A stretch of DNA of 61,038 nucleotides from an uncultured Oscillospiraceae bacterium (GCA_964600225.1 CAZRIT010000006.1:4132-65169), one strand, 5' to 3'. Shown: positions 8,254 through 17,218, numbered from the stretch's first letter. A program made the numbers and translations. The notes: generated from the letters alone by a model not told the origin.

Positions 8254-9354
8254 TTAAAACTGGGAATAGATGCGCACGGGCACGATCAGGTAGTAGTAGC
8301 CCTCCTGCTGCGCAGGCTTTACCACGCATGGTGAGATGCCCGACGTAAAGTCCATATATATCTTTTCGTCGGGGATGCATTTGAGCACGTTCATGCAATA
8401 TCTGGGATTGAACGCAATGCTGATATCCTCGCCCTGCATCTGCACGTCCATCTCCTCGTCGATCTTGCCCGCTACGCTGTTTGCGGTCAGCAGGAGTTTA
8501 CCGCCGCCGAATTTCATAATGATGTTGTTGTTGCCCTCCCTGGCCATCAACTGCGCGCGGTCGATACTCTCCATCAGTTCCTTCTTGTCCAGCAGTACGC
8601 GCGTCTTATGGTCCTTGGGCAAGATCTGACGGTACTTGATATAATCGCCCTCAAGCAATCTGGCCGTCAAACAGGTCTGCTTGAGATCGACCTTCACATG
8701 CAGGTTGGTAAACGTCAGTTCCACCTCGCCATCCGCTTCATCCATCATGCGCGCAATCTCCACCATGGATTTTGCGGGGATAACAACGGCGCGTTCGGGC
8801 ACGGGGGTTTTTAACGGGATGGTGCGCATGGCAAACTGATACGCATCGGTGGCGACAATATTGATGTTTTCACCAATCTCTAAAAGCACGCCCGTGAGAA
8901 TGGGCTTGCTGTCATCCATGGCGGTGGCAAACACCGTTTGGTTGATCATATCGCGGCAATCGTCATGATCAAGCTTAACGGTGAACTGCTCGCCCGAAAA
9001 GCGCATTTCGGGGAACGTTTCGTATTCGATGCATTGCAGGCTCGTCCTGGCCCTGCCGCAGCGGATATCCATGGTCTTATCGGTCACGTTGATTTCCGCA
9101 ATGGCCTCGGGGAGTTTTCGGACAATTTCGGAAAAGAGCTTGCCTGGCACGATGGCGTTGCCCTCCTCCTCCACGGTGGCGGGCAGCAGGCATTCCTTTT
9201 GCAGCATCAGGTCGGAGCATTTCAATTTTAACCCTTCGCGGGTTGCTTCCAGGAATATCCCTTCCAAAATGGGCATGGTGCTGCGCGATGGCAGCGCTTT
9301 ACCGACAGACAGTACGCCCGCTGTCAATTCCTTTGCGTCAATATAGAATCGCAT
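8254..9354 (-). CDS. dnaN: DNA polymerase III beta sliding clamp
   Basis: 366 aa with the typical MRFYIDAKEL...LEGIFLEA N-terminus and three-domain length. It lies directly downstream of dnaA. Confidence 0.95.
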   Translation of the reverse strand: MRFYIDAKELTAGVLSVGKALPSRSTMPILEGIFLEATREGLKLKCSDLMLQKECLLPATVEEEGNAIVPGKLFSEIVRKLPEAIAEINVTDKTMDIRCGRARTSLQCIEYETFPEMRFSGEQFTVKLDHDDCRDMINQTVFATAMDDSKPILTGVLLEIGENINIVATDAYQFAMRTIPLKTPVPERAVVIPAKSMVEIARMMDEADGEVELTFTNLHVKVDLKQTCLTARLLEGDYIKYRQILPKDHKTRVLLDKKELMESIDRAQLMAREGNNNIIMKFGGGKLLLTANSVAGKIDEEMDVQMQGEDISIAFNPRYCMNVLKCIPDEKIYMDFTSGISPCVVKPAQQEGYYYLIVPVRIYSQF

Positions 9355-9394
9355 TTACATCATCCTTTCGTCTCGTCGGTGTCATTGCCATGGG

Positions 9395-9403
9395 TTATCC
9401 ACA
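9395..9403 (+). promoter_or_regulatory. DnaA box, perfect TTATCCACA
   Basis: Exact 9-mer. Confidence 0.8.
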
Positions 9404-9434
9404 GCAAGGGTTTGTGTTGTTTCTTTTATTATTC

Positions 9435-9452
9435 CAGTAGCAGTAGCAGTAG
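9435..9452. repeat. Perfect tandem (CAGTAG)x3, candidate DnaA-trio array
   Basis: Three exact hexamer copies, giving TAG every second triplet. The array lies 13 nt from the DnaA box at 9466 and borders the AT-rich run 9411..9434. Confidence 0.6.
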
Positions 9453-9465
9453 TGGGACAGGCATC

Positions 9466-9474
9466 CGTGGATAA
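9466..9474 (-). promoter_or_regulatory. DnaA box TTATCCACG (one mismatch), oriented toward the trio-like tract
   Basis: The plus strand reads CGTGGATAA. Confidence 0.7.
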
Positions 9475-9610
9475 CGGAATTTGCCGTGCAGGCAAGCCCT
9501 TTTTTCAGTGGACACAATGGTGGAAAACCGAAGTGTTTCGGATGGGGTTGTCCACGTTGTCCTTGCTGTACACAACATACACAAGCCGTCCACAGAGCCG
9601 CTCCACAAAA

Positions 9611-9619
9611 TGTGGATAC
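9611..9619 (-). promoter_or_regulatory. DnaA box GTATCCACA (one mismatch) abutting the dnaA stop codon
   Basis: The plus strand reads TGTGGATAC. Confidence 0.6.
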
Positions 9620-10929
9620 TATTTCATGCGCTTTTTGATGTCTTCCAATACGGTGGTAAAGGAGGAATCCTCGCGGATGAGTATTTCAATACGGCGACAG
9701 GCGTTGATGGCGGTTGTATGGTCGTTTCGGTCGAACAGGGTGCTGATGCGCTTGTACGGCAGCCCCAGCATGCTGTGGCAAAGGTACATCGCAACCTGCC
9801 GCGGTATGACGATCTCCCGATCGCGCCGCTCGGACAGCAGGCTCTGTACCGATACGTTGTAGTATTCGGCCACGGTCTCTCGGATGAGCACGGGCGTAAT
9901 CTCCTTGGCGGAGGAAAGCGGCAACAGATCCTTGAGCGCCTCAATGGTCAGCTCCAGCGTCAGCGGACGCTGATGCAGCATGGAGTAGGCCACCACGCGG
10001 TTTAAGGAGCCCTCGAGCTCCCGAATGTTGCTGGAAACGTGCTCTGCAATAAACTGGATGATATCGTCCGATACATCGTAGTGGTCGATGCGCGCGTGGT
10101 TGCGAAGAATTGCGATGCGCGTTTCGATATCGGGCGGCTGGATATCGGCAATCAAGCCCCATTCAAAACGGGAACGGAGCCGTTCCTCCAAACTGGCAAT
10201 CTCCTTGGGCGGCCGATCGGAGCTGATGACAATCTGCTTATTGGCGCCGTGCAGGGTGTTGAAGGTGTTGAAAAACTCCTCCTGCACGGATTGCTTCTTG
10301 GCAATGAACTGCACGTCGTCGATCAGCAGCACGTCCACATTGCGGTATCTGCGCCGAAACTCCATGCGCTTATCCATCTGGATGGCAGTGATGAGGTCGT
10401 TGGTGAAGGTTTCGCTGGTGACGTACATCACCTTGGCCGCGGGGTTGTTGGCGCGCACCGTGTGCCCGATGGCCTGCATGAGGTGTGTTTTTCCAAGGCC
10501 CACGCCGCCGTAGATGAACAACGGGTTGTAGGCGCTTGCGGGGTTTTGGGCCACGGCCAGCGCGGCCGCGTGCGCAAAATGGTTGGAGCTGCCAACCACA
10601 AACGTATCGAACGTGTACTTGGGGTTGAGGGCAAACGGGTTGCTGCCGTCCTCCTCCTTTTTGGGCAGATACGCTTCTCGCTCTTCGGGCAGCACCAGCT
10701 TGACGTCCTGAATGGTGCTGTTGGCGGTGCGGGCGGCATTGAACAGACTGTCGAAATAAAAGTCCTTGAGCGTCTTTTGAATATCGGGCGTGGGGACCTC
10801 CAGCACAAGCACGTTGTTTTGCAGCGCCAATGGAACGGCAACGTCAATCCAGGCATGGAACGAAAGCCCCGTCATCTGCGGGCGTATGAGCTCCTTGGTG
10901 GAGGCCCATGTGTTTTCCAGTTGATCCAT
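9619..10929 (-). CDS. dnaA: Chromosomal replication initiator DnaA
   Basis: AAA+ Walker A GGVGLGKTHL and the domain IV signature. The start MDQLENTW at 10929 is preceded by GGGGGT. The longer track ORF, which extends to 11220, runs through the predicted promoter. Confidence 0.95.
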   Translation of the reverse strand: MDQLENTWASTKELIRPQMTGLSFHAWIDVAVPLALQNNVLVLEVPTPDIQKTLKDFYFDSLFNAARTANSTIQDVKLVLPEEREAYLPKKEEDGSNPFALNPKYTFDTFVVGSSNHFAHAAALAVAQNPASAYNPLFIYGGVGLGKTHLMQAIGHTVRANNPAAKVMYVTSETFTNDLITAIQMDKRMEFRRRYRNVDVLLIDDVQFIAKKQSVQEEFFNTFNTLHGANKQIVISSDRPPKEIASLEERLRSRFEWGLIADIQPPDIETRIAILRNHARIDHYDVSDDIIQFIAEHVSSNIRELEGSLNRVVAYSMLHQRPLTLELTIEALKDLLPLSSAKEITPVLIRETVAEYYNVSVQSLLSERRDREIVIPRQVAMYLCHSMLGLPYKRISTLFDRNDHTTAINACRRIEILIREDSSFTTVLEDIKKRMK

Positions 10930-10957
10930 TGACAGCTTACCCCCATTCGTAATGGAT

Positions 10958-10986
10958 ATCATACCAAAATAGCGTTCGTTTTTCAA
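10958..10986 (-). promoter_or_regulatory. Predicted dnaA promoter (-35 TTGAAA, 17 nt, extended -10 TGgTATGAT)
   Basis: The minus strand reads TTGAAA-N17-TATGAT with TG one base upstream of the -10. Confidence 0.45.
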
Positions 10987-11035
10987 GAACGGGTTCGCAG
11001 ATGGGTTAACAATCTGTGACAAAAGGGCTATTTGA

Positions 11036-11064
11036 TTGCAAAAGTGGGCTGTGCGGGTTAAAAT
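11036..11064 (+). promoter_or_regulatory. Predicted promoter of the divergent hydrolase gene (-35 TTGCAA, 17 nt, -10 TAAAAT)
   Basis: Hexamers read directly from the sequence. This places the ATG at 11065 upstream of the transcription start and supports the 11113 start. Confidence 0.35.
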
Positions 11065-11112
11065 ATGGGTAAGATTTACGTTTTCGGGGGAGGATTGCGC
11101 TTGGGAGAGACG

Positions 11113-12339
11113 ATGCGAAGTCCGCTGTTCATTAACTCCGAGCAGGTAGGTGATGTCATAACAATTCCCGTTTCCGTACACGATGGCGAGGAGGAAGCGA
11201 CGGAAGAGGTTTTGATTCACTATCTGGAGGCCGGGGTTGGTGAACCGCTCCTGTTAATTCATTCTATCGGACAATCCTTGTTTACCTGGCGAAACATCTT
11301 TGCGGAACTTTCGGAAAACTATCGCGTTATTGCCATCGATCTGCCGGGGCACGGGTATTCCTCCCGTCCCGATCGATTCGACTATTCCATGGACGCCATG
11401 GCGGAGCTGATCGGCCGCTTTCTGGACGCCAAGGGCATCCGCTCCGCGCATATGATCGGCTTTTCCATGGGCTCGCTGTATATGCTGCGCTTTCTATCCC
11501 TGTTTCCCAACCGCGTGGCCAACTGCATCGTCATTTCCCCGGGCGGTCTGACGGAGCAGATGCCCAAGCTCATTCACCGCATCGGAAGCCGCGTGTGCTC
11601 GGTCATGTCCCGAAACCTCTTTTCCGCAACGGATGTGCGAAAGCTATTGAACGATTGCGTCTATGAAAAAGAGATTGTGGACGATCACATGGTGCGTCAG
11701 TACTATCAGCCGCTGCAGGACGGGCTCAGCCGCGAAGCGCTGATGTACGCGCTTGTCAATTTTGACCGCGATATGGTAGCCGAGGCGCTGCTGCCCATCG
11801 ATCATGAAGTGCTGGTGCTGTGGGGCAAGGAGGACAGGTGGCATCCGCCGTCGGGCAGCGTCTATTTTCAGGGCGTGCTGCAGGCGGGCCGCTACTACTT
11901 AATCCGTCACGCGGGGCACCTGTTGCAGGAGGAAGCGCCCGAAAAGCTCCTGGAGATCATATTCAGCTACATTCCGCCCGCAGTGCCAAGCTACAATGCG
12001 TACCGCTATACGCAGCATGCGCCCATGGCGGATAACAATTGGATACGGGAGCCCTCCTACATCCCCGAGAAACCGTATCCGAACGCGCCGCAGCAGGCGT
12101 ACGACGAGTTGGGGCAGGATATGTATGTCCAAGGCGACGACGGCATATTGTATCGGGAGGCCGAAACGGGGGAAACCCTTGATGGCGCGCTCGATGCGGA
12201 AACGATCCTGCACATGGCCGCGGCCGAAGCCTTCGGGGAACAAACGGAGGAAGTATTCGTCGAACAGCCCGAAGAAGCGGAGCAGGCCGAACAGGCCGAA
12301 CAGGCGCCGCCAACGGAAGCGGAGGACGGAAACACATGA
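11113..12339 (+). CDS. Alpha/beta-fold hydrolase with an acidic low-complexity C-terminal tail
   Basis: HSIGQS and IAIDLPGHGYS segments and the nucleophile elbow GFSMGS. RBS GGGAGAG. The tail contains AEQAEQAEQ encoded by a 9 nt tandem repeat. Confidence 0.8.
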   Translation: MRSPLFINSEQVGDVITIPVSVHDGEEEATEEVLIHYLEAGVGEPLLLIHSIGQSLFTWRNIFAELSENYRVIAIDLPGHGYSSRPDRFDYSMDAMAELIGRFLDAKGIRSAHMIGFSMGSLYMLRFLSLFPNRVANCIVISPGGLTEQMPKLIHRIGSRVCSVMSRNLFSATDVRKLLNDCVYEKEIVDDHMVRQYYQPLQDGLSREALMYALVNFDRDMVAEALLPIDHEVLVLWGKEDRWHPPSGSVYFQGVLQAGRYYLIRHAGHLLQEEAPEKLLEIIFSYIPPAVPSYNAYRYTQHAPMADNNWIREPSYIPEKPYPNAPQQAYDELGQDMYVQGDDGILYREAETGETLDGALDAETILHMAAAEAFGEQTEEVFVEQPEEAEQAEQAEQAPPTEAEDGNT

Positions 12340-12530
12340 TTGAATCGTTCCGACTGGGCGATGTGGTGACCATGAAAAAGCCGCACGCCTGCGGCACGAA
12401 CGAATGGACGGTCATCCGCGTCGGCGCCGACGTCAAAATCAAGTGCAACAACTGCGGTCGCATCGTTATGATGGACCGCGCCGACTTTATCCGCATGGGC
12501 AAGAAGGTATTGATAACGGCACAAGCGTAA
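12336..12530 (+). CDS. DUF951-family small protein
   Basis: 64 aa, GDVVTMKKPHACGTNEWTVIRVGADVKIKCNNCGR, with an ATGA overlap onto the upstream gene. The family call is from memory. Confidence 0.75.
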   Translation: MIESFRLGDVVTMKKPHACGTNEWTVIRVGADVKIKCNNCGRIVMMDRADFIRMGKKVLITAQA

Positions 12531-12597
12531 ACGCGTATCGCGCATCGGGCGCAACATAAGGATACAACGGTTCGGCAAACGGAAGGGACAAAAGGCA

Positions 12598-13209
12598 TTG
12601 AATCAGCGTCGGTTTACCGCGGGCGAGCTGCGGTACCTCAGGGCAAAATCCGCGGATCGGTTTGAAAACATGCGCGGCGCACGATTCGTTCGTAACGTCG
12701 ATTTTTTCCTGTACATCTGCATGGTAGTGCTGCTGGCGCTTTCGGTACGGCTGTTTGTGTGCGAGCCCATCCGCGTGGACGGGGATTCCATGGACCCCAC
12801 ATTGATCGATGGCGAGCACATGCTGGTGGAAAAGGTCAGCTATTGGTTTGAACAGCCCGCGCGCGGGCAGATCATCATCTGCTATTACCCGGGCTATACC
12901 GAAAGCTGCGTCAAGCGCGTGGTGGGGCTGCCGGGCGAGCGCGTCAGGGTACAAAACGGCGCGGTGTATATCAACGACGAGGCGTTGGACGAATCCGCCT
13001 ATTGGACGGCGGCGCTCAACGGCGAAATGCAGGAACGGCTGGTGGGCGAAAAAGAGGTGTTCGTCATGGGCGACAACCGCAATTTCAGCCGCGACAGCCG
13101 CAGGGAGGATGTGGGCAACATCCCCTATGCCAAGATTGTGGGCCGCGTGCGCGCGGTGATTTGGCCGATGGAGCGGTATCGCCCCATAGAGCAAGTGAAT
13201 TTTGAATAA
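12598..13209 (+). CDS. lepB: Signal peptidase I (paralog 1)
   Basis: GDSMDPTL (catalytic Ser), VKRVVGLPGE (Lys box) and GDNRNFSRDSR. The TTG start is uncertain; an ATG at 12670 is an alternative. Confidence 0.85.
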   Translation: MNQRRFTAGELRYLRAKSADRFENMRGARFVRNVDFFLYICMVVLLALSVRLFVCEPIRVDGDSMDPTLIDGEHMLVEKVSYWFEQPARGQIIICYYPGYTESCVKRVVGLPGERVRVQNGAVYINDEALDESAYWTAALNGEMQERLVGEKEVFVMGDNRNFSRDSRREDVGNIPYAKIVGRVRAVIWPMERYRPIEQVNFE

Positions 13210-13220
13210 GTACGGTTCAT

Positions 13221-13787
13221 ATGGAAGCAACGCAAAGTAAACAACAGCCGCGCCGCCGCACAAGCGGGCGGGAGGAACAGTACCGTCGCCACCGCAGGCT
13301 GGGATGGCTGTTTTCCGTTGCCGTGGCGCTGCTGACGGTATTTGTGCTGTTCTACCTGTGGCTGATACCCGCAAAGATCAACGGCGCCTCCATGGAGCCT
13401 GCTCTGACCGAGGGCGAAACGGTGCTGATCGATCGGCTGGCGCGGTATTGGAAGCTGCCCGCGCGCGGGGATATGATTCTGTTTGAAACCGAGGACGGTC
13501 GCTTCATCAAGCGCATCGTGGGGCTGCCGGGGGAAACCGTGGAGGTAATCGGCGGCAGGGTCTATATCGACAGCCGCCCGCTCGATGAAAGGGCCTATAT
13601 GCAAAACCCCGTCGGCGACGCGGCCGCCGTGACCGTGCCCGAAGGCAGCGTGTATGTGCTGGGCGATAACCGTGCGCAGGCGTACGACAGCAGGCTGGAT
13701 ACGGTTGGCTGCATTGCGTATGCGGATATCGTCGGGGTACTCCGCGTGCGCGTGGCCCCCATTACGCGGCTGACGCTGTTCTTTTGA
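13221..13787 (+). CDS. lepB: Signal peptidase I (paralog 2)
   Basis: GASMEPAL, IKRIVGLPGE and GDNRAQAYDSR. Confidence 0.85.
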   Translation: MEATQSKQQPRRRTSGREEQYRRHRRLGWLFSVAVALLTVFVLFYLWLIPAKINGASMEPALTEGETVLIDRLARYWKLPARGDMILFETEDGRFIKRIVGLPGETVEVIGGRVYIDSRPLDERAYMQNPVGDAAAVTVPEGSVYVLGDNRAQAYDSRLDTVGCIAYADIVGVLRVRVAPITRLTLFF

Positions 13788-13798
13788 GGTTTGGTTTG

Positions 13799-13816
13799 CT
13801 CTTTTTGAAAAAAGAG
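13799..13816. repeat. Repeat family 2 palindrome CTCTTTTT/AAAAAGAG
   Basis: 8 bp arms, directly after the lepB paralog 2 stop. Confidence 0.45.
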
Positions 13817-13886
13817 AACTGAAAAACTTCTACATATCGTGTGAAGCTCGGTTTAGTATACGCTTATCGTATGTATCATGCTCGCA

Positions 13887-14231
13887 TCAGCCCGGAGGCC
13901 ATTCCATCGTGCGCCCGCCGAGCAGGTGCAGGTGCAGGTGCGGCACGCTCTGCCCGCCGTCGGCGCCAACGTTGGTGACGATGCGGTAGCCGTTGTCCGA
14001 AAGGCCCTGTTCCGCCGCAATCCGCCTAGCCGCGGCAAACAACCTGCACAGCGTCTGATCGTCGGCCTCGGTCAGCGTCTGCGCGCTTTGGATGTGGCGC
14101 TTGGGGATGATCAGCACATGCACGGGCGCTTGCGGCGACAGGTCGGAAAAAGCCAGCACATCGTCATCCTCGTACACGCGTTCACACGGAATGTCGCCTT
14201 GGGCGATTCTGCAAAAGATACAATCGGTCAT
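13887..14231 (-). CDS. HIT-family (histidine triad) nucleotide hydrolase
   Basis: 114 aa from MTDCIFCRI with the HLHLHLL triad. It is the last part of the long track ORF 13887..15107. Confidence 0.85.
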   Translation of the reverse strand: MTDCIFCRIAQGDIPCERVYEDDDVLAFSDLSPQAPVHVLIIPKRHIQSAQTLTEADDQTLCRLFAAARRIAAEQGLSDNGYRIVTNVGADGGQSVPHLHLHLLGGRTMEWPPG

Positions 14232-15526
14232 TTGGAAATCTCCTCTCCTGTTGCAATATCCTCTTTGATGGCTGTCAGCCGTACGCGCGCCATCGTGCCT
14301 TCGGGTGCGCTTGTGCGCACGCGCACATAGTTGCCCGTCAGCCCCGTGCCGTCGGATTCCGCCAGCACCTCCACGGTTTTGCCGATCTGGTCGGAAAGGA
14401 ACCGTGCCGTCATGGTTTTGCCAAGCGCAATCAGCTCCCCGGCGCGCCGCTCCTTCACCGCTTTGGGCACCTGATCGGGCAGCTTCGCTGCCACGGTGCC
14501 CGCGCGCGCGGAGTAGGGGAACACATGCATGCGTGCAAACTGCATCCGTTCGGCAAACGCAACGGAGTCCCTGTGCATGTCCTCGGTTTCTCCCGGAAAG
14601 CCCGCGATCATATCCGTGGTGATCGCGCAATTGGGCAAAGCGTTTTTTAATAAGGAAACGGAGGAAGCAAACTGCGCGGCGGTATAGCGGCGGTGCATGC
14701 GCTTGAGAATTTCGTCGCAGCCGCTCTGCAGCGACAGGTGGAACTGCGGGCAGAGCGTTTTGTGATCGGCCGCAAACGCGGCGAACCGCTCGTCGGCAAA
14801 CATCGGCTCCAGCGAACCCAGCCGCACCCGCTCGACGCCATCGGTATGGCACGCAAGGCGGAGCACATCGTACAGGTCGCAGTTGCCCAGATCGCGCCCG
14901 TAGCTTGCCAGATGGATGCCCGAAAGCACCACTTCGCGGTAGCCTGCCGCGGCAAGCGCGGTCAGCTCGCTCGCCACGTTGTCCAACGGTCGGGAGCGCA
15001 GCGGCCCGCGCGCATACGGGATAATACAGTAGGAGCAAAAATTGACGCAGCCATCCTGGATTTTCAGCGTGGCGCGCGTGCGCCCGTCGCAAACGCTCGT
15101 CAGGCATTCAAAAGCAGGGGCTTCTTGCGCAAGCATTGCGTCGGTAGGCGCTTGCGCCGTGCAGCCTGTACGCGCGGCAAGGGCTTGGCGCACGGACTTG
15201 GCGATGTCGTTTCGCCCGTCGGTGCCGAGCACGAGGCCAACGCCGTCCAGTTGGGAAACGGCATGCGCCTCCATCTTGGCGTAGCAGCCGCACGCCACGA
15301 TCAACGCATCGGGGTTGGCGCGGTGCGCGCGGTGGAGCAAGCGGCGGGATTTGGCGTCGCTCACAGCGGTGACGGTACAGGTATTGACGATGTAAACATC
15401 CGCTTTTTCATCAAACGGCACGATGGTAAAGCCGTCGGCAGCCAGACGTTCGCGCATGGCCTCGGTTTCGTAATGGTTGACCTTGCAGCCGAGGGTGGCC
15501 AGCGCAGCAACGAGCGGCGCGCCCAT
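14228..15526 (-). CDS. mtaB: Radical-SAM methylthiotransferase, MtaB-like (ms2t6A tRNA modification)
   Basis: N-terminal UPF0004 domain (TLGCKVNHYE) and radical-SAM CxxxCxxC (NFCSYCIIP). The prmA-rsmE-mtaB synteny matches B. subtilis yqeT-yqeU-yqeV. Confidence 0.85.
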   Translation of the reverse strand: MGAPLVAALATLGCKVNHYETEAMRERLAADGFTIVPFDEKADVYIVNTCTVTAVSDAKSRRLLHRAHRANPDALIVACGCYAKMEAHAVSQLDGVGLVLGTDGRNDIAKSVRQALAARTGCTAQAPTDAMLAQEAPAFECLTSVCDGRTRATLKIQDGCVNFCSYCIIPYARGPLRSRPLDNVASELTALAAAGYREVVLSGIHLASYGRDLGNCDLYDVLRLACHTDGVERVRLGSLEPMFADERFAAFAADHKTLCPQFHLSLQSGCDEILKRMHRRYTAAQFASSVSLLKNALPNCAITTDMIAGFPGETEDMHRDSVAFAERMQFARMHVFPYSARAGTVAAKLPDQVPKAVKERRAGELIALGKTMTARFLSDQIGKTVEVLAESDGTGLTGNYVRVRTSAPEGTMARVRLTAIKEDIATGEEISK

Positions 15527-16252
15527 TTACGCATCCTCCAGCTCGTAAACCAACTGCGCCATGAGCGCCATGCCCGCCGTTTCGGTGCGCAGAATTCGCT
15601 TGCCCAGCGTGACGCTTGTTGCGCCGCGCCGAACGAGCGCGTCGGCTTCCTCGGCGGAAAAGCCGCCCTCGGGGCCTATGAGGATGGCGGCGGTGCGGGG
15701 CATGCCTTTCAGCGCCCGCAAAACCCGCTTAGCGGACTGTGCGCGCTCCTCCTCGTTGGCAAATAAAAACAGGTCGAACGCCCCGGGATCGATTTGATCG
15801 ATGGGCAGAATCCGTTCCACCGTCGGGATGACCCCGCGGCGGGATTGCTTGGCCGCCTCCAGTGCCACGCGCTGCCAGCGGGTAAGCTTATTGGAAACGT
15901 CGCGCACGGGCAGCGCCACGCAGCGCGCGCTCAGCACGGGCACGAAGGCGCTTGCCCCCAGCTCGGTGCACTTTTGCAGGATGGTTTCCATCTTGCCCGT
16001 TTTCGGCAGGCATTGAAACAGCGTGATGCGGCACGGCGGCTCGCTTTCGGACGGCATGGGCGCGCCCAACTGGCAGCGCACGGCCTGCTCGGTAATCTGC
16101 TCGATCCTGGCGTCGTATTCCGTGCCGCAGCCGTCGCAAAGGCGCAGTGCGTCGCCTGCGTGCAGCCGCAGCACGCGGCCGATATGGCGCACGTCGTCTC
16201 CCGTAATGGCAGCGGCGTTGCCCGCAATATCGGTTGTAAAAAAGCGGTGCAT
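15527..16252 (-). CDS. rsmE: 16S rRNA (uracil1498-N3)-methyltransferase
   Basis: 241 aa with an MHRFF start and the C-terminal GPEGGFS motif. Confidence 0.85.
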   Translation of the reverse strand: MHRFFTTDIAGNAAAITGDDVRHIGRVLRLHAGDALRLCDGCGTEYDARIEQITEQAVRCQLGAPMPSESEPPCRITLFQCLPKTGKMETILQKCTELGASAFVPVLSARCVALPVRDVSNKLTRWQRVALEAAKQSRRGVIPTVERILPIDQIDPGAFDLFLFANEEERAQSAKRVLRALKGMPRTAAILIGPEGGFSAEEADALVRRGATSVTLGKRILRTETAGMALMAQLVYELEDA

Positions 16253-16255
16253 GCG

Positions 16256-17218
16256 CTACCTCCGACACAGGGCGGCTACCCAGCCGCCCGATTCCGACAC
16301 GGTTTCAATCGTAAAGCCGCATGCGGTCAGGCGCGTCAGCACCTCATCCTTGCGTTCATCGATCACGCCCGAGATGAGGAAGGCCGCGCCCTGCTTGCAG
16401 CAATCGTACGCAAACGGCGCAAGTCGTATGATGACGTCGGCGACAATGTTGGCGGCCACCACGTCGTATTGCCCGCGGATGCGGTTTCGCAGCGCTTCAT
16501 CGGTCAGCACGTCGCCGATGTGCACCTGATACTGCGGGCTCGCAATGCCGTTGACGGCGGCGTTTTCCAAGGCGATGCGCTCGGCAATGGGGTCGATATC
16601 CACGGCGACGGCGGACTTTGCGCCCAGCAGCACGGCGGCAATGGAAAGGATGCCGCTGCCGCAGCCAAGGTCGAGCATGGCGTCGCCCGCGCGCACGGCC
16701 TGCTCCATCAGCTCCAGGCACATGCGGGTGGTGTGGTGCGTGCCCGTGCCAAACGCCACGCCGGGATCCAGCGTCAGCACGATGCGCTCATTCCCTTCGG
16801 GCACGGTCTCCCAGCCGGGCAGCACCAGCAGTTTTTCGCCCACGGGCAGCGGGTGATAGCTCTTTTTCCAGTTCTCGGCCCAGTCGGCGTCGTCCACATG
16901 GCGGATGACCAGCGCAAGCGGGCCCATATCCACGCCCACATCCAGCGTGCGCAGATGCTCGACGGCCAGCTTGGCGTCCTCCAGTGCGGTCAGGCCTTCA
17001 GGCGTATCGCTGACGTAGGCTTTTACGCACGGCGTATCCACACCGATTTTGGAGACGTCCGCATAGTCCCAGTAGAGCGCGCATTCGTTTAAAAACGCCA
17101 GCGCACGCGCGCGGCTTTCCTCGATCAGCACCTGATCCAGTCCCACGCTCGACAGCGCACCGCAAACGGGCTCAATGCCCGCATCGGTGGTATAGATTGC
17201 AATTTCCAGCCATTTCAT
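16256..17218 (-). CDS. prmA: Ribosomal protein L11 methyltransferase
   Basis: Start MKWLEIAIYT at 17218 and the SAM motif LDLGCGSGILSIAA. Confidence 0.88.
   Translation of the reverse strand: MKWLEIAIYTTDAGIEPVCGALSSVGLDQVLIEESRARALAFLNECALYWDYADVSKIGVDTPCVKAYVSDTPEGLTALEDAKLAVEHLRTLDVGVDMGPLALVIRHVDDADWAENWKKSYHPLPVGEKLLVLPGWETVPEGNERIVLTLDPGVAFGTGTHHTTRMCLELMEQAVRAGDAMLDLGCGSGILSIAAVLLGAKSAVAVDIDPIAERIALENAAVNGIASPQYQVHIGDVLTDEALRNRIRGQYDVVAANIVADVIIRLAPFAYDCCKQGAAFLISGVIDERKDEVLTRLTACGFTIETVSESGGWVAALCRR

Larger units (their letters stand above)
9355..9619. other. oriC: oriC core (dnaA-dnaN spacer) with DnaA boxes, a trio-like tract and an AT-rich stretch
   Basis: One perfect and two one-mismatch DnaA boxes, plus weaker TGTGGAC/GTCCAC variants. 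A (CAGTAG)x3 tract and a T/A-rich run lie next to them. The position between dnaA and dnaN matches the Firmicutes incC arrangement. Confidence 0.7.

Noticed and set aside
10930-11112. Second DnaA-box cluster upstream of dnaA (bipartite origin)
   Set aside because: The best candidates (ATGGATAT, TGTGACAAA) have two or more mismatches. The region is fully accounted for by two divergent promoters.
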